A stretch of 64,000 nucleotides of DNA from Gammaproteobacteria bacterium (lineage in GTDB: Bacteria; Pseudomonadota; Gammaproteobacteria; Eutrophobiales; Eutrophobiaceae): assembly GCA_012103475.1 (NCBI GenBank), contig WLWS01000001.1, positions 641,881 to 705,880 on the forward strand, in the 5' to 3' direction. The notes beneath the pieces were generated by a model, which did not search any database, had not been told where the DNA came from, and worked only from the letters and a program-made list of their open reading frames with translations. Positions 1 to 11,383 of this stretch are shown here, one piece after another. Position numbers and translations under genes: made by a program. The first letter of the stretch is position 1, and each line of letters starts with the position of its first letter.

Positions 1-21
1 TGAAAAATATTCCCGGATACG

Positions 22-1518
22 ATGAATTCTGAAACAAACGAGTTTTATGCTGCCATCGATATGGGATCCAACAGCTTCCATATGGTTGTCGCCGCATACA
101 GTGACAGGCAATTGCAGGTCATTGACAGAATAAAGGAGTCGGTGCGCTTTGCCGCCGGGCTTAATGAAAACCGCAAACTGGATGATGACTCCGTGGAACG
201 GGCACTGAAGTGCCTCGAACGTTTCGGTCAGCGTATTCGGGAAATCCCCAGAGTAAATATCCGGGCGGTTGGCACTAATACACTCAGACAGGCCAGAAAC
301 AGGAAATCCTTTTTACGTCTGGCACGCCAGGCCCTTGGTCATCCCATAGAAATCATCTCAGGTCGTGAAGAAGCCAGACTGACCTTCCTTGGCGTTGCAC
401 ATACTGTCTACAGTGAAACCGACCAGCGTCTCGTTATCGACATCGGCGGCGGCAGCACTGAATTTATTATTGGTAAATGTTTTGAACCTTTTTACATGGA
501 AAGCCTGTATATGGGTTGCGTCAATGTTAGTCAGAAGTATTTCAAAGACGGCAACGTCACGAATAAACAAATGCGTAAGGCCATGCTCTTTGCTCAGCAG
601 GAACTGGAATCTATCCAGGCCGCCTATAATAAGAAGGGCTGGGATGCGGTTTTGGGCTCATCCGGTACTATTCTGGCTGTTGATAGTATCGTCAGAGAGA
701 AAGGCTGGAGTGAATCAGGAATTACCAGTAGTGCGCTGAAAAAGTTGCGCACAAACCTGATAGAAACCGGCAGTTTTGAAGATTTCGATTTTGAAGGTCT
801 ATCTGACAACCGTAAGGCGATTTTCGCCGGCGGTGTCGCCATTCTGAGCGCCGCTTTTGAAGCACTTGAGATTAAGACGATGTCAGTATCAGACGGTGCG
901 GTAAGAGAGGGTCTGCTCTATGATCTTATCGGCCGGACCCATCAGCAGGACATTCGTGAAGCAACTGTTATTGATCTGGCTAATCGATATAAAGTGGATA
1001 TGGAGCAGGCCAGGCGTATCGAGACTGCTACCTTGAATCTGTTTAAGCAAGCGAAGAAAACCTGGTCGCTTGATTCAAACCAGGAAGCCCTGTTGCTTAG
1101 ATGGGCCGCAACAGTTCATGAACTCGGCCTTTCTATTGCTCATGCCCAATATCATAAGCACGGTGCTTATCTGATTGCCTACTCAGACATGCCAGGTTTC
1201 TCAAGCGAGGAACAATTACATCTTTCGATGCTGGTGCGGGCACATAGAAGAAAGTTTCCCTTAGCAGAATTTGAAACGATACCGGAAGAAGACCGGGAGC
1301 AGATTGTGAGACTAAGCCTGCTTTTCAGGCTGGCTGTGGTATTGAATCGCAGTCGCAGCTACAGCACCCTGCCCTTGCCAAAGCTGAAAATAAAAGACGA
1401 CAAAATTACACTTGGTTTCCCGGCGAAGTGGCTTGCCGAAAACCCGCTGACTCAGGCCGATCTGGAAATCGAAGCAGACTATATAGCTAAAACAAACTAT
1501 CGACTAATTTATAATTAG
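22..1518 (+). CDS. ppx: Exopolyphosphatase / guanosine pentaphosphate phosphohydrolase (Ppx/GppA family)
   Basis: 498-aa ORF. N-terminal AIDMGSNSFHMVV and DIGGGSTEF are ASKHA-fold phosphate-binding motifs typical of Ppx/GppA. The size fits, and it lies convergent with ppk. Confidence 0.9.
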   Translation: MNSETNEFYAAIDMGSNSFHMVVAAYSDRQLQVIDRIKESVRFAAGLNENRKLDDDSVERALKCLERFGQRIREIPRVNIRAVGTNTLRQARNRKSFLRLARQALGHPIEIISGREEARLTFLGVAHTVYSETDQRLVIDIGGGSTEFIIGKCFEPFYMESLYMGCVNVSQKYFKDGNVTNKQMRKAMLFAQQELESIQAAYNKKGWDAVLGSSGTILAVDSIVREKGWSESGITSSALKKLRTNLIETGSFEDFDFEGLSDNRKAIFAGGVAILSAAFEALEIKTMSVSDGAVREGLLYDLIGRTHQQDIREATVIDLANRYKVDMEQARRIETATLNLFKQAKKTWSLDSNQEALLLRWAATVHELGLSIAHAQYHKHGAYLIAYSDMPGFSSEEQLHLSMLVRAHRRKFPLAEFETIPEEDREQIVRLSLLFRLAVVLNRSRSYSTLPLPKLKIKDDKITLGFPAKWLAENPLTQADLEIEADYIAKTNYRLIYN

Positions 1519-1544
1519 TCCTGCCTCTGGTAATTTAGTCACCA

Positions 1545-3617
1545 CTATTTATCGGTGAAATGTTCTAGCAGTGTGTCCTGAGCACATTTCGGTTTCTGAT
1601 TACCCGGCTTGACTCGCTTGTACGAGCCGTCACTCAACAGAACCCAGGCCTGTGTGTTATCGGACAGATAATTCAGCAGTCCTAATTTCATAACCTGATC
1701 GCGTGGTCGTTTTTCATCAATTGGGAAACAGGCTTCAACTCTATGGTGCAGGTTTCTCGGCATCCAGTCCGCGCTGGAACAATACATGAGCTCCTCACCG
1801 TCATTACGGAAATAGTAAATACGAGTATGTTCAAGGAAACGACCGATAATAGAGCGGACCCGAATATTCTCCGAGACCCCCTTAATGCCCGGTCTGATAC
1901 AACAAATACCACGAATTATTAAATCGACCTTGACCCCCGCACACGAGGCTCGATAGAGCGCCTGAATAATATCCTGATCAACCAGAGCGTTCATTTTCGC
2001 AATTATCCTGGCTTCCTTGCCAGCTTTGGCCAGCTCAATTTCCCTGTCAATATTGGCCAGCAAAGTTTTGTACAGAGTGAATGGCGACTGCAGTAATTTT
2101 TTTAGCTTGCCAGCCCGGCCGAGACCGGTTAATTGATGAAACAATTTGTTAACATCCTCACCAACTGCTTTATCGCAAGTCAGTAAGCCGAAGTCGGTAT
2201 AAATTCGAGCCGTCCGCGTATGATAATTCCCGGTACTGAGATGAACATAGCGTCGCAGGTTTCTGCCTTCCCGACGCACTACCAGAATCATCTTGGCATG
2301 GGTTTTAAAACCAACCACACCATAAACAACATGGGCACCGGCATCCTGTAGATCACTGGCCAGCTCAATATTCGCTTCCTCGTCAAATCTCGCTCGCAGT
2401 TCAATAACAACCGTTACTTCCTTACCCAGACGTGCCGCGGCCATAAGCGCATCAACAACCGCCGAATCGTTACCCGTTCTGTATAAGGTTTGCTTAATCG
2501 AAAGAACATTCGGATCAGCTACTGCCTGCCGGAGAAAATCGATAACGGGTGCGAAAGACTGAAAGGGGTGATGCAAAAGAATATCACCATTCCTCAGCGT
2601 GTCGAAAATACTGGTGGCTTTGAGTAAACGCGGAGGCAAATCAGGTGTGAAACCACGGTAAATAAGGTCGGGCCTGTCAACGAGATCGACTACTGAAATC
2701 AATCGACTCAAATTAACCGGACCTTCAACCTGATAAAGTTCATCTTCACTCAGATTAAACTTCTCCAGTAGAAAATTGCTGAGTTCTTCCGGACAATTGT
2801 CTGCAACTTCAAGACGAACTGCATCGCTGAAACGTCGTGATGGTAGTTCGCCTTCAAGAGCGCGTAACAAATCATCCACTTCTTCATTATCTACAAATAA
2901 ATCACTGTCACGTGTCACTTTAAACTGATAGCAACCAGTGGTTGTCATACCCGGAAACAAATCAACAACGTGGGCATGTATGATCGAAGAGAGTAAGGCA
3001 AAACTGTATTTCGCCTTGGCCTGATCGGACGGTATGTGAACTACCCTTGGTAGCGAACGGGGCGCCTGCACAATGGCCAGACGAGACTGTCGGCCAAAGG
3101 CATCTTTGCCTTCAAGAGAAATTATAAAATAGAGGTTTTTGTTGAGTACGCGCGGAAAGGGATGTGCAGGATCCAGTCCGATCGGGCTTAATACAGGCAA
3201 CACATTATTAGCGAAATAGCGCTTTATCCAGCGCGCCATCCCCGGCTTCCAGTCTGAGCGCCTGATTATGCGTATACCTTCCTGTTCCAGTGAAGGCGTA
3301 ATACATTCGTTCATGACACGATATTGTTCAACTACCAGCTCGTGAGCTGTTTCACTAATCTTGTTTAATACCTCCTGAGGAGAGAGGTTATCTGAGCCGG
3401 TCTGAACTGAACCATACTTGACCTGCTGTTTGACACCAGCAACCCGTATTTCAAAAAACTCATCCAGATTACTACTGGCGATACAGAGAAAGCGAAGCCG
3501 CTCCAGCAAAGGCACAGACTCATCCGCAGCCTGAGCAATGACTCGTCTGTTGAACTCAAGCAAACTGAGTTCACGGTTAATATAGAGCTCAGGCGCTTTG
3601 AATTTTTCAGTATCCAT
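1545..3617 (-). CDS. ppk: Polyphosphate kinase 1
   Basis: 690-aa ORF. N-terminal YINRELSLLEFNRRV and the internal GTGNYH / HAKM region are characteristic of PPK1. It sits downstream of phoU on the same strand. Confidence 0.95.
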   Translation of the reverse strand: MDTEKFKAPELYINRELSLLEFNRRVIAQAADESVPLLERLRFLCIASSNLDEFFEIRVAGVKQQVKYGSVQTGSDNLSPQEVLNKISETAHELVVEQYRVMNECITPSLEQEGIRIIRRSDWKPGMARWIKRYFANNVLPVLSPIGLDPAHPFPRVLNKNLYFIISLEGKDAFGRQSRLAIVQAPRSLPRVVHIPSDQAKAKYSFALLSSIIHAHVVDLFPGMTTTGCYQFKVTRDSDLFVDNEEVDDLLRALEGELPSRRFSDAVRLEVADNCPEELSNFLLEKFNLSEDELYQVEGPVNLSRLISVVDLVDRPDLIYRGFTPDLPPRLLKATSIFDTLRNGDILLHHPFQSFAPVIDFLRQAVADPNVLSIKQTLYRTGNDSAVVDALMAAARLGKEVTVVIELRARFDEEANIELASDLQDAGAHVVYGVVGFKTHAKMILVVRREGRNLRRYVHLSTGNYHTRTARIYTDFGLLTCDKAVGEDVNKLFHQLTGLGRAGKLKKLLQSPFTLYKTLLANIDREIELAKAGKEARIIAKMNALVDQDIIQALYRASCAGVKVDLIIRGICCIRPGIKGVSENIRVRSIIGRFLEHTRIYYFRNDGEELMYCSSADWMPRNLHHRVEACFPIDEKRPRDQVMKLGLLNYLSDNTQAWVLLSDGSYKRVKPGNQKPKCAQDTLLEHFTDK

Positions 3618-3653
3618 AAACAGGTTTTATGATTATATAAAAACCAAACAAAA

Positions 3654-4367
3654 CTAGGCGCTCATTTGTTTCTGCATCTCTTCAATACTGAGGTGCCTTA
3701 CATCTTTTCCTTCTACAAAATAAATAACATATTCGCAAATATTACGAGCATGATCGCCAATCCGTTCCAGCGAACGAACAGTCCAGATGGCATCAATAAC
3801 ACTGGTAATACTGCGTGGGTCTTCCATCATATAGGTAACCAACTGTCGCAAAATAGCAGCATATTGTTCATCGGATTCTGGTTCTCGTGCAGCCGTTTTC
3901 AGTGCAGCCTCGGAATCCATTCTGGCAAAGGCATCGAGAGAATCACTGACCATTTCCCGCACAAAATTCCCCATTGAGTTGATTCCAATGTAGTAGGACT
4001 TGGCGCCCTGCTTTCCGGTCAGATAGATGGCCATTTGCGCGACCTTTTCCGCTTCGTCACCGATGCGTTCCAGGTCTGTAATAGTTTTTATAACAGCAGT
4101 AATCAATCGCAGATCACCCGCTGCCGGTTGTCGTCGCGCGAGAATCTTTGTGCACTCTTCATCAATAGACACTTCATAGGAGTTAACGCTGGGTTCTTTG
4201 CGCACAACTGCCTCACCTTTTTCGATATCCGAATCGGTCAGAGCCTTGAGCGCATCTACCAGCTGTTGTTCGACCAGCCCGCCCATATTCAAAACACGCT
4301 CGCGGATACTCTCCAGTTCATTATCGAACTGTCTGGAAATATGTCGGGGTAATTGTGAACTTGCCAC
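3654..4367 (-). CDS. phoU: Phosphate signalling complex protein PhoU
   Basis: 237 aa. Duplicated PhoU repeats carry the E(R)IGD motif twice (DLERIGDEA, SLERIGDHA). It lies directly downstream of pstB. Confidence 0.95.
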   Translation of the reverse strand: MASSQLPRHISRQFDNELESIRERVLNMGGLVEQQLVDALKALTDSDIEKGEAVVRKEPSVNSYEVSIDEECTKILARRQPAAGDLRLITAVIKTITDLERIGDEAEKVAQMAIYLTGKQGAKSYYIGINSMGNFVREMVSDSLDAFARMDSEAALKTAAREPESDEQYAAILRQLVTYMMEDPRSITSVIDAIWTVRSLERIGDHARNICEYVIYFVEGKDVRHLSIEEMQKQMSA

Positions 4368-4400
4368 TATATTTTCTCCGTGCTTATTTCTGGGAAACCT

Positions 4401-5270
4401 CTAACCGTAACGACCGGTTATATAATCTTCCGTCATTTTCTCGCCTGGCGTAGTAAAAAGGGTGTTAGTGTCATTGAATTCCACCATCTTGCCCAGATAC
4501 ATGTAGGCCGTATAGTCCGAGACACGGGCAGCCTGCTGCATATTATGAGTAACAATGACGATTGTATAATCGTGCCTTAATTCATATATCAATTCTTCGA
4601 TTTTCAGAGTCGAAATCGGATCCAGGGCTGAAGCAGGCTCATCAAGCAGTAACACTTCCGGCTCAATGGCAATCGCTCTGGCGATAACCAGTCTTTGTTG
4701 CTGACCACCGGACAGACCCATGGCGTTATCATCCAGTCGATCTTTTACTTCATCCCACAAGGCGGCACCTTGCAGGGATTTTTCCACAGCTTCGGCAAGT
4801 ACACGCCTGTCTTTCACACCCTGAATTCTGAGACCATAGGCTACGTTCTCAAAAATTGATTTTGGGAATGGATTGGGTTTTTGAAATACCATTCCAACCC
4901 GCCTGCGCAATTCAGCAACATTTATGTCCTTAGCGTAAATATCATGATCATAAAGACTCATCTTGCCATCGATTCGAACAATATCAATTAAGTCGTTCAT
5001 TCTGTTCATGCAGCGTAACAAAGTTGATTTGCCACAACCGCTGGGGCCGATAAAAGCCGTTACTCTTTTCTCCGGGATAGTAAGGTTAATATTTTCCAGA
5101 GCCTGCTTTTCGGCATAGTAAAGATTGAAGTCCTCTACCGTAATACAGGTCTGTTCCTTTTCCAGACTCAGGTGACTCGAGGACCGCGTTAATGAACTCA
5201 TGTCAATGGCATGTGTTTTGGCAGCACTCGACTCTGCATCATTCAATTGTTCTTCAATAGTATCGGACAT
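4401..5270 (-). CDS. pstB: Possible independently initiated PstB ATPase module inside the fused ORF
   Basis: In-frame ATGs occur at 5288 and 5270. AGGA lies 8 nt upstream of the ATG at 5270. From this Met the protein aligns in length with free-standing PstB proteins. Confidence 0.4.
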   Translation of the reverse strand: MSDTIEEQLNDAESSAAKTHAIDMSSLTRSSSHLSLEKEQTCITVEDFNLYYAEKQALENINLTIPEKRVTAFIGPSGCGKSTLLRCMNRMNDLIDIVRIDGKMSLYDHDIYAKDINVAELRRRVGMVFQKPNPFPKSIFENVAYGLRIQGVKDRRVLAEAVEKSLQGAALWDEVKDRLDDNAMGLSGGQQQRLVIARAIAIEPEVLLLDEPASALDPISTLKIEELIYELRHDYTIVIVTHNMQQAARVSDYTAYMYLGKMVEFNDTNTLFTTPGEKMTEDYITGRYG

Positions 5271-6971
5271 AGACGGATTCCTATCCATTATCTGGCTAGT
5301 GTTGCTCTGCTGCACGGTATTTTTCTCTCTCAGGTTATTACGAATCTTCACTGCTGTCAGGTTCAATGCAATGATAATAAGGATTAATAACAGGGCAGTG
5401 GCATAAACCAACGGCCTTGCGGCCTCCACATTGGGGCTCTGAAAACCAACATCATAAATATGAAAACCAAGATGCATAAACTTCCGGTCCATATGTAAAT
5501 AAGGGAAATTTCCATCCAGAGGCAGAGATGGTGCCAGTTTCACAACGCCAACCAGCATCAGCGGTGCCACTTCACCGGCAGCACGGGCAACTGCAAGAAT
5601 CAGACCCGTCATCATTGCCGAAGCGGTCATCGGCAGCACCGTCAGCCATAAGGTTTCCGCTTTGGTTGCACCAAGTGCAAGGCTACCCTCGCGAATGGAA
5701 CGCGGTACACGTGATAATCCTTCTTCAGTCGCAACGATCACGACGGGCACAGTTAAGATGGCCAGAGTCAGTGACGCCCACATCAAACCCGGTGTACCAA
5801 AAGTCGGTGTTGGCAAGGCCTCTGGAAAAAGTAACTGGTCAATCGAACCACCGAGAAAATACACAAAAAAACCCAGACCAAAAACGCCATAGACAACAGA
5901 CGGTACTCCGGCAAGATTATTAACTGCGATACGAATCAACCTGGTCACTGGTCCCTGAGTAGCATACTCCCGCAGATAGACCGCTGCGATTACACCAAAA
6001 GGCGTCACCAGTACTGCCATGATCATAACCATCATCACCGTGCCGAATATGGCAGGGAAAATACCTCCTTCCGTATTTGCCTCGCGCGGCTCTGCACTCA
6101 TGAACTCCCAGAGTTTTTCAAAATAGAAAAACAACTTGTCTACACGCGACATTGTATTCGGGCGGTGAGCGCGAATAACTTTAGCGGTGGGAATTTCAAC
6201 AATCTCACCACTTGCAAGGCTGGCGACAAAACTGCTTCGGTTCAGCTCGGTGTACAGCTCACTTAACTCCTGAGTGTAGCCCTCATACTCCAGCTGCAAG
6301 CCTGCCCGTTCAGAGGAGATTTCCTTTAAGGCCAAATCTGTGGCTTTGCCCTTCAACTCCAGACCTCTTTGTTTCAGTCGTAGACGTTCCATCTTGTAGT
6401 TGATGGCGCCGATCAAATCTTTTTCAATATGTCGAATCTGATCAAAGGTTTCACCCGCCTCTTTTATCTTCTCTTGAAACTGCAGCCATTGCTCTTCGGC
6501 AGCGGCCAGAGTCTTACCGTCTTCCTTGATTTCTTTGAGGAATCCATAAAGATTTCCCCACTCCCGACGCTCCACCACCATCACTTCAGCTGGAGTGTCG
6601 ATACTTCCCATATCTGCTTCAAGCACCCAACGAAAATCAAGACCAAGATAATCACGGTTACCGGTCTTCAACAAAAAGCGTTTTATCAAGCCATCGGCAT
6701 CAGCGCTGATCTCCTGCTCTGTATCAAGTTGCGATAGCGGTAATTTTTCTTCATCGACGACTTCACCTATGAGCACCGTGATAGCACTGCCGTCATTGTA
6801 TTCAAAACTTACTACCTGTTGTGGCCAGTAATGACCCAGCCCACGCACAGCTATCAGGCCAACCAGGCCAGCCACCATGATGATTGACAGACTTACGGCA
6901 CCGGCGTTTAACCAGATGTAGGGTTCACCACTGCTAATCCATTTTTTGATATTCATCGGCCGTTTACTCAA
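4401..6971 (-). CDS. Phosphate ABC transporter, permease PstA fused in frame to ATPase PstB (single 856-aa ORF)
   Basis: The first ~560 aa form a long-form PstA with multiple TM segments and an ABC permease EAA-like loop. The last ~290 aa form PstB, with Walker [10 protein letters not shown], signature LSGGQQQR and Walker B LLLDEP. No stop codon separates the two modules. Confidence 0.8.
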   Translation of the reverse strand: MSKRPMNIKKWISSGEPYIWLNAGAVSLSIIMVAGLVGLIAVRGLGHYWPQQVVSFEYNDGSAITVLIGEVVDEEKLPLSQLDTEQEISADADGLIKRFLLKTGNRDYLGLDFRWVLEADMGSIDTPAEVMVVERREWGNLYGFLKEIKEDGKTLAAAEEQWLQFQEKIKEAGETFDQIRHIEKDLIGAINYKMERLRLKQRGLELKGKATDLALKEISSERAGLQLEYEGYTQELSELYTELNRSSFVASLASGEIVEIPTAKVIRAHRPNTMSRVDKLFFYFEKLWEFMSAEPREANTEGGIFPAIFGTVMMVMIMAVLVTPFGVIAAVYLREYATQGPVTRLIRIAVNNLAGVPSVVYGVFGLGFFVYFLGGSIDQLLFPEALPTPTFGTPGLMWASLTLAILTVPVVIVATEEGLSRVPRSIREGSLALGATKAETLWLTVLPMTASAMMTGLILAVARAAGEVAPLMLVGVVKLAPSLPLDGNFPYLHMDRKFMHLGFHIYDVGFQSPNVEAARPLVYATALLLILIIIALNLTAVKIRNNLREKNTVQQSNTSQIMDRNPSMSDTIEEQLNDAESSAAKTHAIDMSSLTRSSSHLSLEKEQTCITVEDFNLYYAEKQALENINLTIPEKRVTAFIGPSGCGKSTLLRCMNRMNDLIDIVRIDGKMSLYDHDIYAKDINVAELRRRVGMVFQKPNPFPKSIFENVAYGLRIQGVKDRRVLAEAVEKSLQGAALWDEVKDRLDDNAMGLSGGQQQRLVIARAIAIEPEVLLLDEPASALDPISTLKIEELIYELRHDYTIVIVTHNMQQAARVSDYTAYMYLGKMVEFNDTNTLFTTPGEKMTEDYITGRYG

Positions 6972-9247
6972 AGGCTACTGTACTTAACTCGCAAACGCTG
7001 ACGAACGACTTCGGCCATTGTGTTAAACACAAAGGTTGCGATAAACAATACCAGCCCGGCCAGGAACAAAATTCTGTAGTGGGTGCCACCTACTTCCGAC
7101 TCCGGCATCTCCACAGCAATATTTGCCGATAGTGCACGAAAGCCCTGAAAGATATTCATGTCCATAATGGCGGTATTGCCTGTTGCCATCACCACGATCA
7201 TCGTCTCTCCAACTGCACGACCCAGTCCTATCATGATGGCTGAAAATATTCCGGGGCTGGCAGTCAGTAACACCACCCGTATCATGGTTTGCCAACGCGT
7301 TGCACCGAGCGCCAGCGAACCCGTGCTCAGATGTCGGGGTACACTGTAAATGGCGTCCTCGCTGATAGAAAAAATTGTCGGTATCACCGCAAAGCCCATG
7401 GCTATACTAACAACAAGTGAATTGCGCTGGTCAAAATCAAAACCCATGGTATTACTTATCCATTCAGGCATATTGCCATTGAATAATGCCAGCTCAATCG
7501 GTGTGCTAAGTAAAATCGACAGATAAATGGCCAGGATGACAACCGGTATCAGGAGCGCGGCCTCCCAGCCTTCCGGTACCATGGCGCGGAGATCTTTAGG
7601 TAATTTTTGCCAGTAATAGGATGTGGCCAGAATCATCACCGGAATCGTTACAAGCATCAGGAACAGACCAGGCATATTCTTCTCAACGAATGGTGCAAAC
7701 CAGAGGCCGGCTAGAAAGCCGAGTATCACTGTTGGCAAAGCCTCCATAATTTCTATAGTCGGTTTTACCACACCACGCATTTTCGCCGACATGAAATAGG
7801 CCGTAAACATCGCGCCGCAAATGGCCATCGGCACAGCAAACAGCATTGCATAGAAAGCCGCTTTCAAAGTACCGAAAGCCAGGGGGGTAAGACTGAACTT
7901 GGGTTCGAAATCACTACTTGCCGATGAAGACTGCCAGATATATTCAGGCTTATCCCGACTTTCATACCAGACTTTTCCCCAGATTGACTGCCAGGAAATT
8001 TCCGGATGCTCATTGTCAATCAGCCAGTATTGAAGCTCTCCATTGCTATTTTCCAGCAGACTGGCATTCGCCCGCGGCGCAATGGCGACATGCGTCAAAG
8101 CCTGCGACCCCGCGTCTTCCAAAGCAACCGTCCGATGTGCGGTAGTGTGGTAAATACCGAGCTTGCCACTCTCGTCTATGGCCAGAAAACCTTTTCGAAA
8201 ATACTCAGAAGCGATATTCGTTATCGGGTGCTCCTGCGAGTCAAAATGCCGGATTTGCTGCAAGGTGTAATTGTTTTCCTGATCTCTGACAGGGAACCAC
8301 TGCGCAATGCGACCACTACTGTCTCCCACCAGAATCGACAAGCCTCCGCCGAGAAATTGCAAACTGGTAATACGTCTGCCGTCATCTACTGCTCTGACGC
8401 GCTGAATTAATCTCGGTGCCTGTTTGTCCGTGATATCGTAGTAGCTGATATGACCCTCTTTGTCAGCGAGATATAGCTCCCTTTGTTCAATGTCCATAAT
8501 CATATGACTTAAGGGGTGGTCAAAACTGATCTGACTTTCTACCCGCACCAGCTCGGCTTCATCACTGAGGAACGACTCTTCTCTGGCAAAATTCACCAGC
8601 TGAACTATTCCCCCAGGCACAGCAACGGCAATACTGGCCTGCTCTTCATCCCATTGCGCAGAAATAATATCGATTGCCGCGCCTTCACCCGATATCGGCA
8701 GCGGCGCCTTACCCAGAGGAAAGCTGATACTGGGTGAAATCTCTCTGATATCGTCGGGATAGCTGACTGAGTAATTATGCTGTGCCAACACGGCGCGGCC
8801 GTCATTCAAGCCCAAAGCCAACAGACGTTGCGAGGGATCGCCCGCCGCGAAAGTGCTTACAGCAATATCTTCTGCTGCGAGCAGAGATTCCTGGGCAAGC
8901 ACGGAACCGTCTGCAGTGCGAAAAAAAACAGCTGCTCCATTTTCTGTGACTCTCAGGCCAATCTCATGCTGCTCTTCCATGGCATAGTAAACACTGCGCT
9001 CGGCCACATCACCGGGCGTTGAATAACTTGTTATCAGCTCTATATCAGCCGGCTTGAACATGGGTAGTACTACATAAAGCAGATAAAACCCGATTAAGAC
9101 AATCGCGAAAATAACGCTGATACCACCCACTGCCATCAGATAACGAGTACTGATGTCTTTTACGTCACGCCAGTGCCGGTAACGCACAGCCGCTGCAGAG
9201 CTGAAATCGGGCAACAGGGAAGCCGTGTTTTGAGTGGTTTCAGACAT
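6968..9247 (-). CDS. pstC: Phosphate ABC transporter permease PstC (long form)
   Basis: 759 aa. It has an N-terminal TM, a large extracytoplasmic domain, and a C-terminal PstC permease core with an EAA loop. Its stop overlaps the pstA start by 4 nt. Confidence 0.9.
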   Translation of the reverse strand: MSETTQNTASLLPDFSSAAAVRYRHWRDVKDISTRYLMAVGGISVIFAIVLIGFYLLYVVLPMFKPADIELITSYSTPGDVAERSVYYAMEEQHEIGLRVTENGAAVFFRTADGSVLAQESLLAAEDIAVSTFAAGDPSQRLLALGLNDGRAVLAQHNYSVSYPDDIREISPSISFPLGKAPLPISGEGAAIDIISAQWDEEQASIAVAVPGGIVQLVNFAREESFLSDEAELVRVESQISFDHPLSHMIMDIEQRELYLADKEGHISYYDITDKQAPRLIQRVRAVDDGRRITSLQFLGGGLSILVGDSSGRIAQWFPVRDQENNYTLQQIRHFDSQEHPITNIASEYFRKGFLAIDESGKLGIYHTTAHRTVALEDAGSQALTHVAIAPRANASLLENSNGELQYWLIDNEHPEISWQSIWGKVWYESRDKPEYIWQSSSASSDFEPKFSLTPLAFGTLKAAFYAMLFAVPMAICGAMFTAYFMSAKMRGVVKPTIEIMEALPTVILGFLAGLWFAPFVEKNMPGLFLMLVTIPVMILATSYYWQKLPKDLRAMVPEGWEAALLIPVVILAIYLSILLSTPIELALFNGNMPEWISNTMGFDFDQRNSLVVSIAMGFAVIPTIFSISEDAIYSVPRHLSTGSLALGATRWQTMIRVVLLTASPGIFSAIMIGLGRAVGETMIVVMATGNTAIMDMNIFQGFRALSANIAVEMPESEVGGTHYRILFLAGLVLFIATFVFNTMAEVVRQRLRVKYSSL

Positions 9248-9253
9248 CGATGC

Positions 9254-9287
9254 AGTGTAATGTCTAATTATGACAATCCTGTTACAG
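9254..9287 (-). promoter_or_regulatory. Candidate Pho box plus -10 element upstream of pstC
   Basis: The minus strand reads CTGTAAC-AGGA-TTGTCAT-AATT-AGACATT, heptamers phased at 11 bp as in the PhoB consensus CTGTCAT-N4-CTGTCAT. A TACACT -10-like hexamer lies 10 nt after the second heptamer. Confidence 0.4.
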
Positions 9288-9365
9288 ACCTTCGCTTAAA
9301 CGCTGAAATGCTTTGCAATTTTCTCACTGACACCAGTAATTCCCTACAGGCAGCAGGACAAAACC

Positions 9366-10127
9366 ATGCGTAGAAAAATCGTTGCCATTGGAGGCGGTCG
9401 CATCATGGTGCCGGCCGGGAAACTGCCTCAGACTTTGTCTATTGACAGGGAGATCGTCAGGCTTTCCGGTAGGCCCCGGCCACGCCTGCTATTTATACCC
9501 ACTGCCAACCTCGATGACAGTGGATATTGCGACAGAATCGAACAGCACTTTGGCGTTCGACTGGGGTGTAAGGTAGATCAGCTTCTACTCTACCGGGACG
9601 AGCCAAACCGGGTAGAAATCAGCCGGAAAATTCTTGCTGCCGACATTATATATGTAGGCGGTGGCAATACTTTACGTATGATGAATCTCTGGAAAAAACT
9701 GGGCATACCAAATCTGCTCGACAGGGCTCGTAAAAACGGTTGTGTGCTGTCAGGTTTGAGTGCCGGTTGTATTTGCTGGTTTCGTCAGGGCAACAGCGAC
9801 TCCAGAAAATTTGCCGATGCATCGAACAACACCCTGATAAAAGTCAGTGGTCTCAATTACGCGGACTTACTGGTTTGCCCGCATTACGATGTGGAAAAAC
9901 ACCGTCAGTCGGCATTAAAAAAAATGATGCAAAAGACTGCCGGAGTTGCTCTTGCGCTTGAAAACGGCGCGGCCATAGAAATAATAGATAAGCGCTTTCG
10001 CATTATCACTTCGATGAAAAACAAAAACGCCTGGAAAGTGTATTATCAAAAAGGCAAGTATCATAAAGAGAAACTACCTGAAAACGAGGGTTTTATGCCT
10101 CTCAACAAACTTCTGAGCCGGAATTAA
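9366..10127 (+). CDS. Peptidase S51 family protein (dipeptidase E / cyanophycinase-like)
   Basis: 253 aa. IYVGGGNT and GLSAG (nucleophile-serine context) are typical of the S51 peptidase fold. Confidence 0.7.
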   Translation: MRRKIVAIGGGRIMVPAGKLPQTLSIDREIVRLSGRPRPRLLFIPTANLDDSGYCDRIEQHFGVRLGCKVDQLLLYRDEPNRVEISRKILAADIIYVGGGNTLRMMNLWKKLGIPNLLDRARKNGCVLSGLSAGCICWFRQGNSDSRKFADASNNTLIKVSGLNYADLLVCPHYDVEKHRQSALKKMMQKTAGVALALENGAAIEIIDKRFRIITSMKNKNAWKVYYQKGKYHKEKLPENEGFMPLNKLLSRN

Positions 10128-10198
10128 GTGCTTAACAGACACTTGCCATGACTCAGAACTTAAGCCAATATCCGCGATTTTTCAAACAGGAATAGAAG

Positions 10199-11326
10199 AT
10201 GCCAGGTTTACTCCCCGAAGTTGATCCAGAAGGACTACTCGAATACTCCGTTGTCTATACGGACCGCGCCCTTAATCATATGTCGCTATCTTTTCAGGCT
10301 GTGATGAAAGACATCTCACAGACAATGAAAGAAGTTTACAGCTGCGAAGCGACTGTAGTTGTACCTGGCAGCGGCACTTTCGCCATGGAGGCCGTGGCCA
10401 GACAGTATGCCAATAACAAAAAATGTCTGGTCATACGCAATGGCTGGTTCAGTTATCGCTGGAGTCAGATTCTGGAAATGGGCGAAATTCCTGCATCCAC
10501 AAACGTACTCAAAGCCAGAGTGAGCCATGATAGTACACTGGCCGCTTTTGAACCTGCTCCTCTGAACGAAGTCCTGGCGACAATAAAGACCGAAAAACCT
10601 GATCTGGTATTCGCCCCGCATGTGGAAACCTCAGCAGGTATGCTGCTGCCAGACGATTACATCAGCGCCATCGCCAGTGCTGTACACGAGAGCGGTGGCC
10701 TGTTTGTACTCGACTGCATTGCCTCCGGTGCGCTCTGGGTAGATATGCAGAAGAGTGGCGTTGACATTCTGATCTCAGCACCACAAAAAGGCTGGTCTGG
10801 TTCACCCTGTTGCGGTCTGGTCATGCTTGGAAAACGCGCTCTCGACCTGCTGCCCGAAACCAGCAGTTCAAGCTTCGCCTGCGATCTGAAAAAATGGTGG
10901 CAGATTATGCAAGCGTATGAAAATGGTGGTCATGCCTATCATGCAACCATGCCAACCGATGGCCTGCGTCGTTTTCGTGACGTTATGTTCGAAACAAAAT
11001 CGTTTGGCTTCAAGAAAGCCAAACTGGCACAGCAAGCTCTCGGTGAACAGGTTCGACGTTTGCTTCAGGAAAAAAATATAGGCAGTGTTGCCGCCGAAGG
11101 TTTTCAGGCGCCCTGTGTTGTTGTTTGTTACACCGCTGATGCCGATATTCAGAACGGCAAAAAATTTCTAAGTGAAGGATTGCAGATTGCGGCTGGTGTT
11201 CCCCTGCAGTGTGATGAGCCTGAATCTTTCCAGACTTTTCGTATAGGTCTGTTTGGCCTCGATAAGTTGCAGAACATTGAGCGCAGTGTTGCCAGTTTGC
11301 AGGTTGCGCTAAACGAAATTTTTTAA
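10199..11326 (+). CDS. Class V (AGXT-like) PLP-dependent aminotransferase
   Basis: 375 aa. SAPQKGW is a candidate PLP-lysine motif, and the overall layout matches the alanine-glyoxylate / serine-pyruvate aminotransferase family. The substrate is not assignable. Confidence 0.7.
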   Translation: MPGLLPEVDPEGLLEYSVVYTDRALNHMSLSFQAVMKDISQTMKEVYSCEATVVVPGSGTFAMEAVARQYANNKKCLVIRNGWFSYRWSQILEMGEIPASTNVLKARVSHDSTLAAFEPAPLNEVLATIKTEKPDLVFAPHVETSAGMLLPDDYISAIASAVHESGGLFVLDCIASGALWVDMQKSGVDILISAPQKGWSGSPCCGLVMLGKRALDLLPETSSSSFACDLKKWWQIMQAYENGGHAYHATMPTDGLRRFRDVMFETKSFGFKKAKLAQQALGEQVRRLLQEKNIGSVAAEGFQAPCVVVCYTADADIQNGKKFLSEGLQIAAGVPLQCDEPESFQTFRIGLFGLDKLQNIERSVASLQVALNEIF

Positions 11327-11383
11327 AAACGACGATAAGGTGAGAATACTGAGCATTACCCGATTTTTAAAAATCACACAGGC

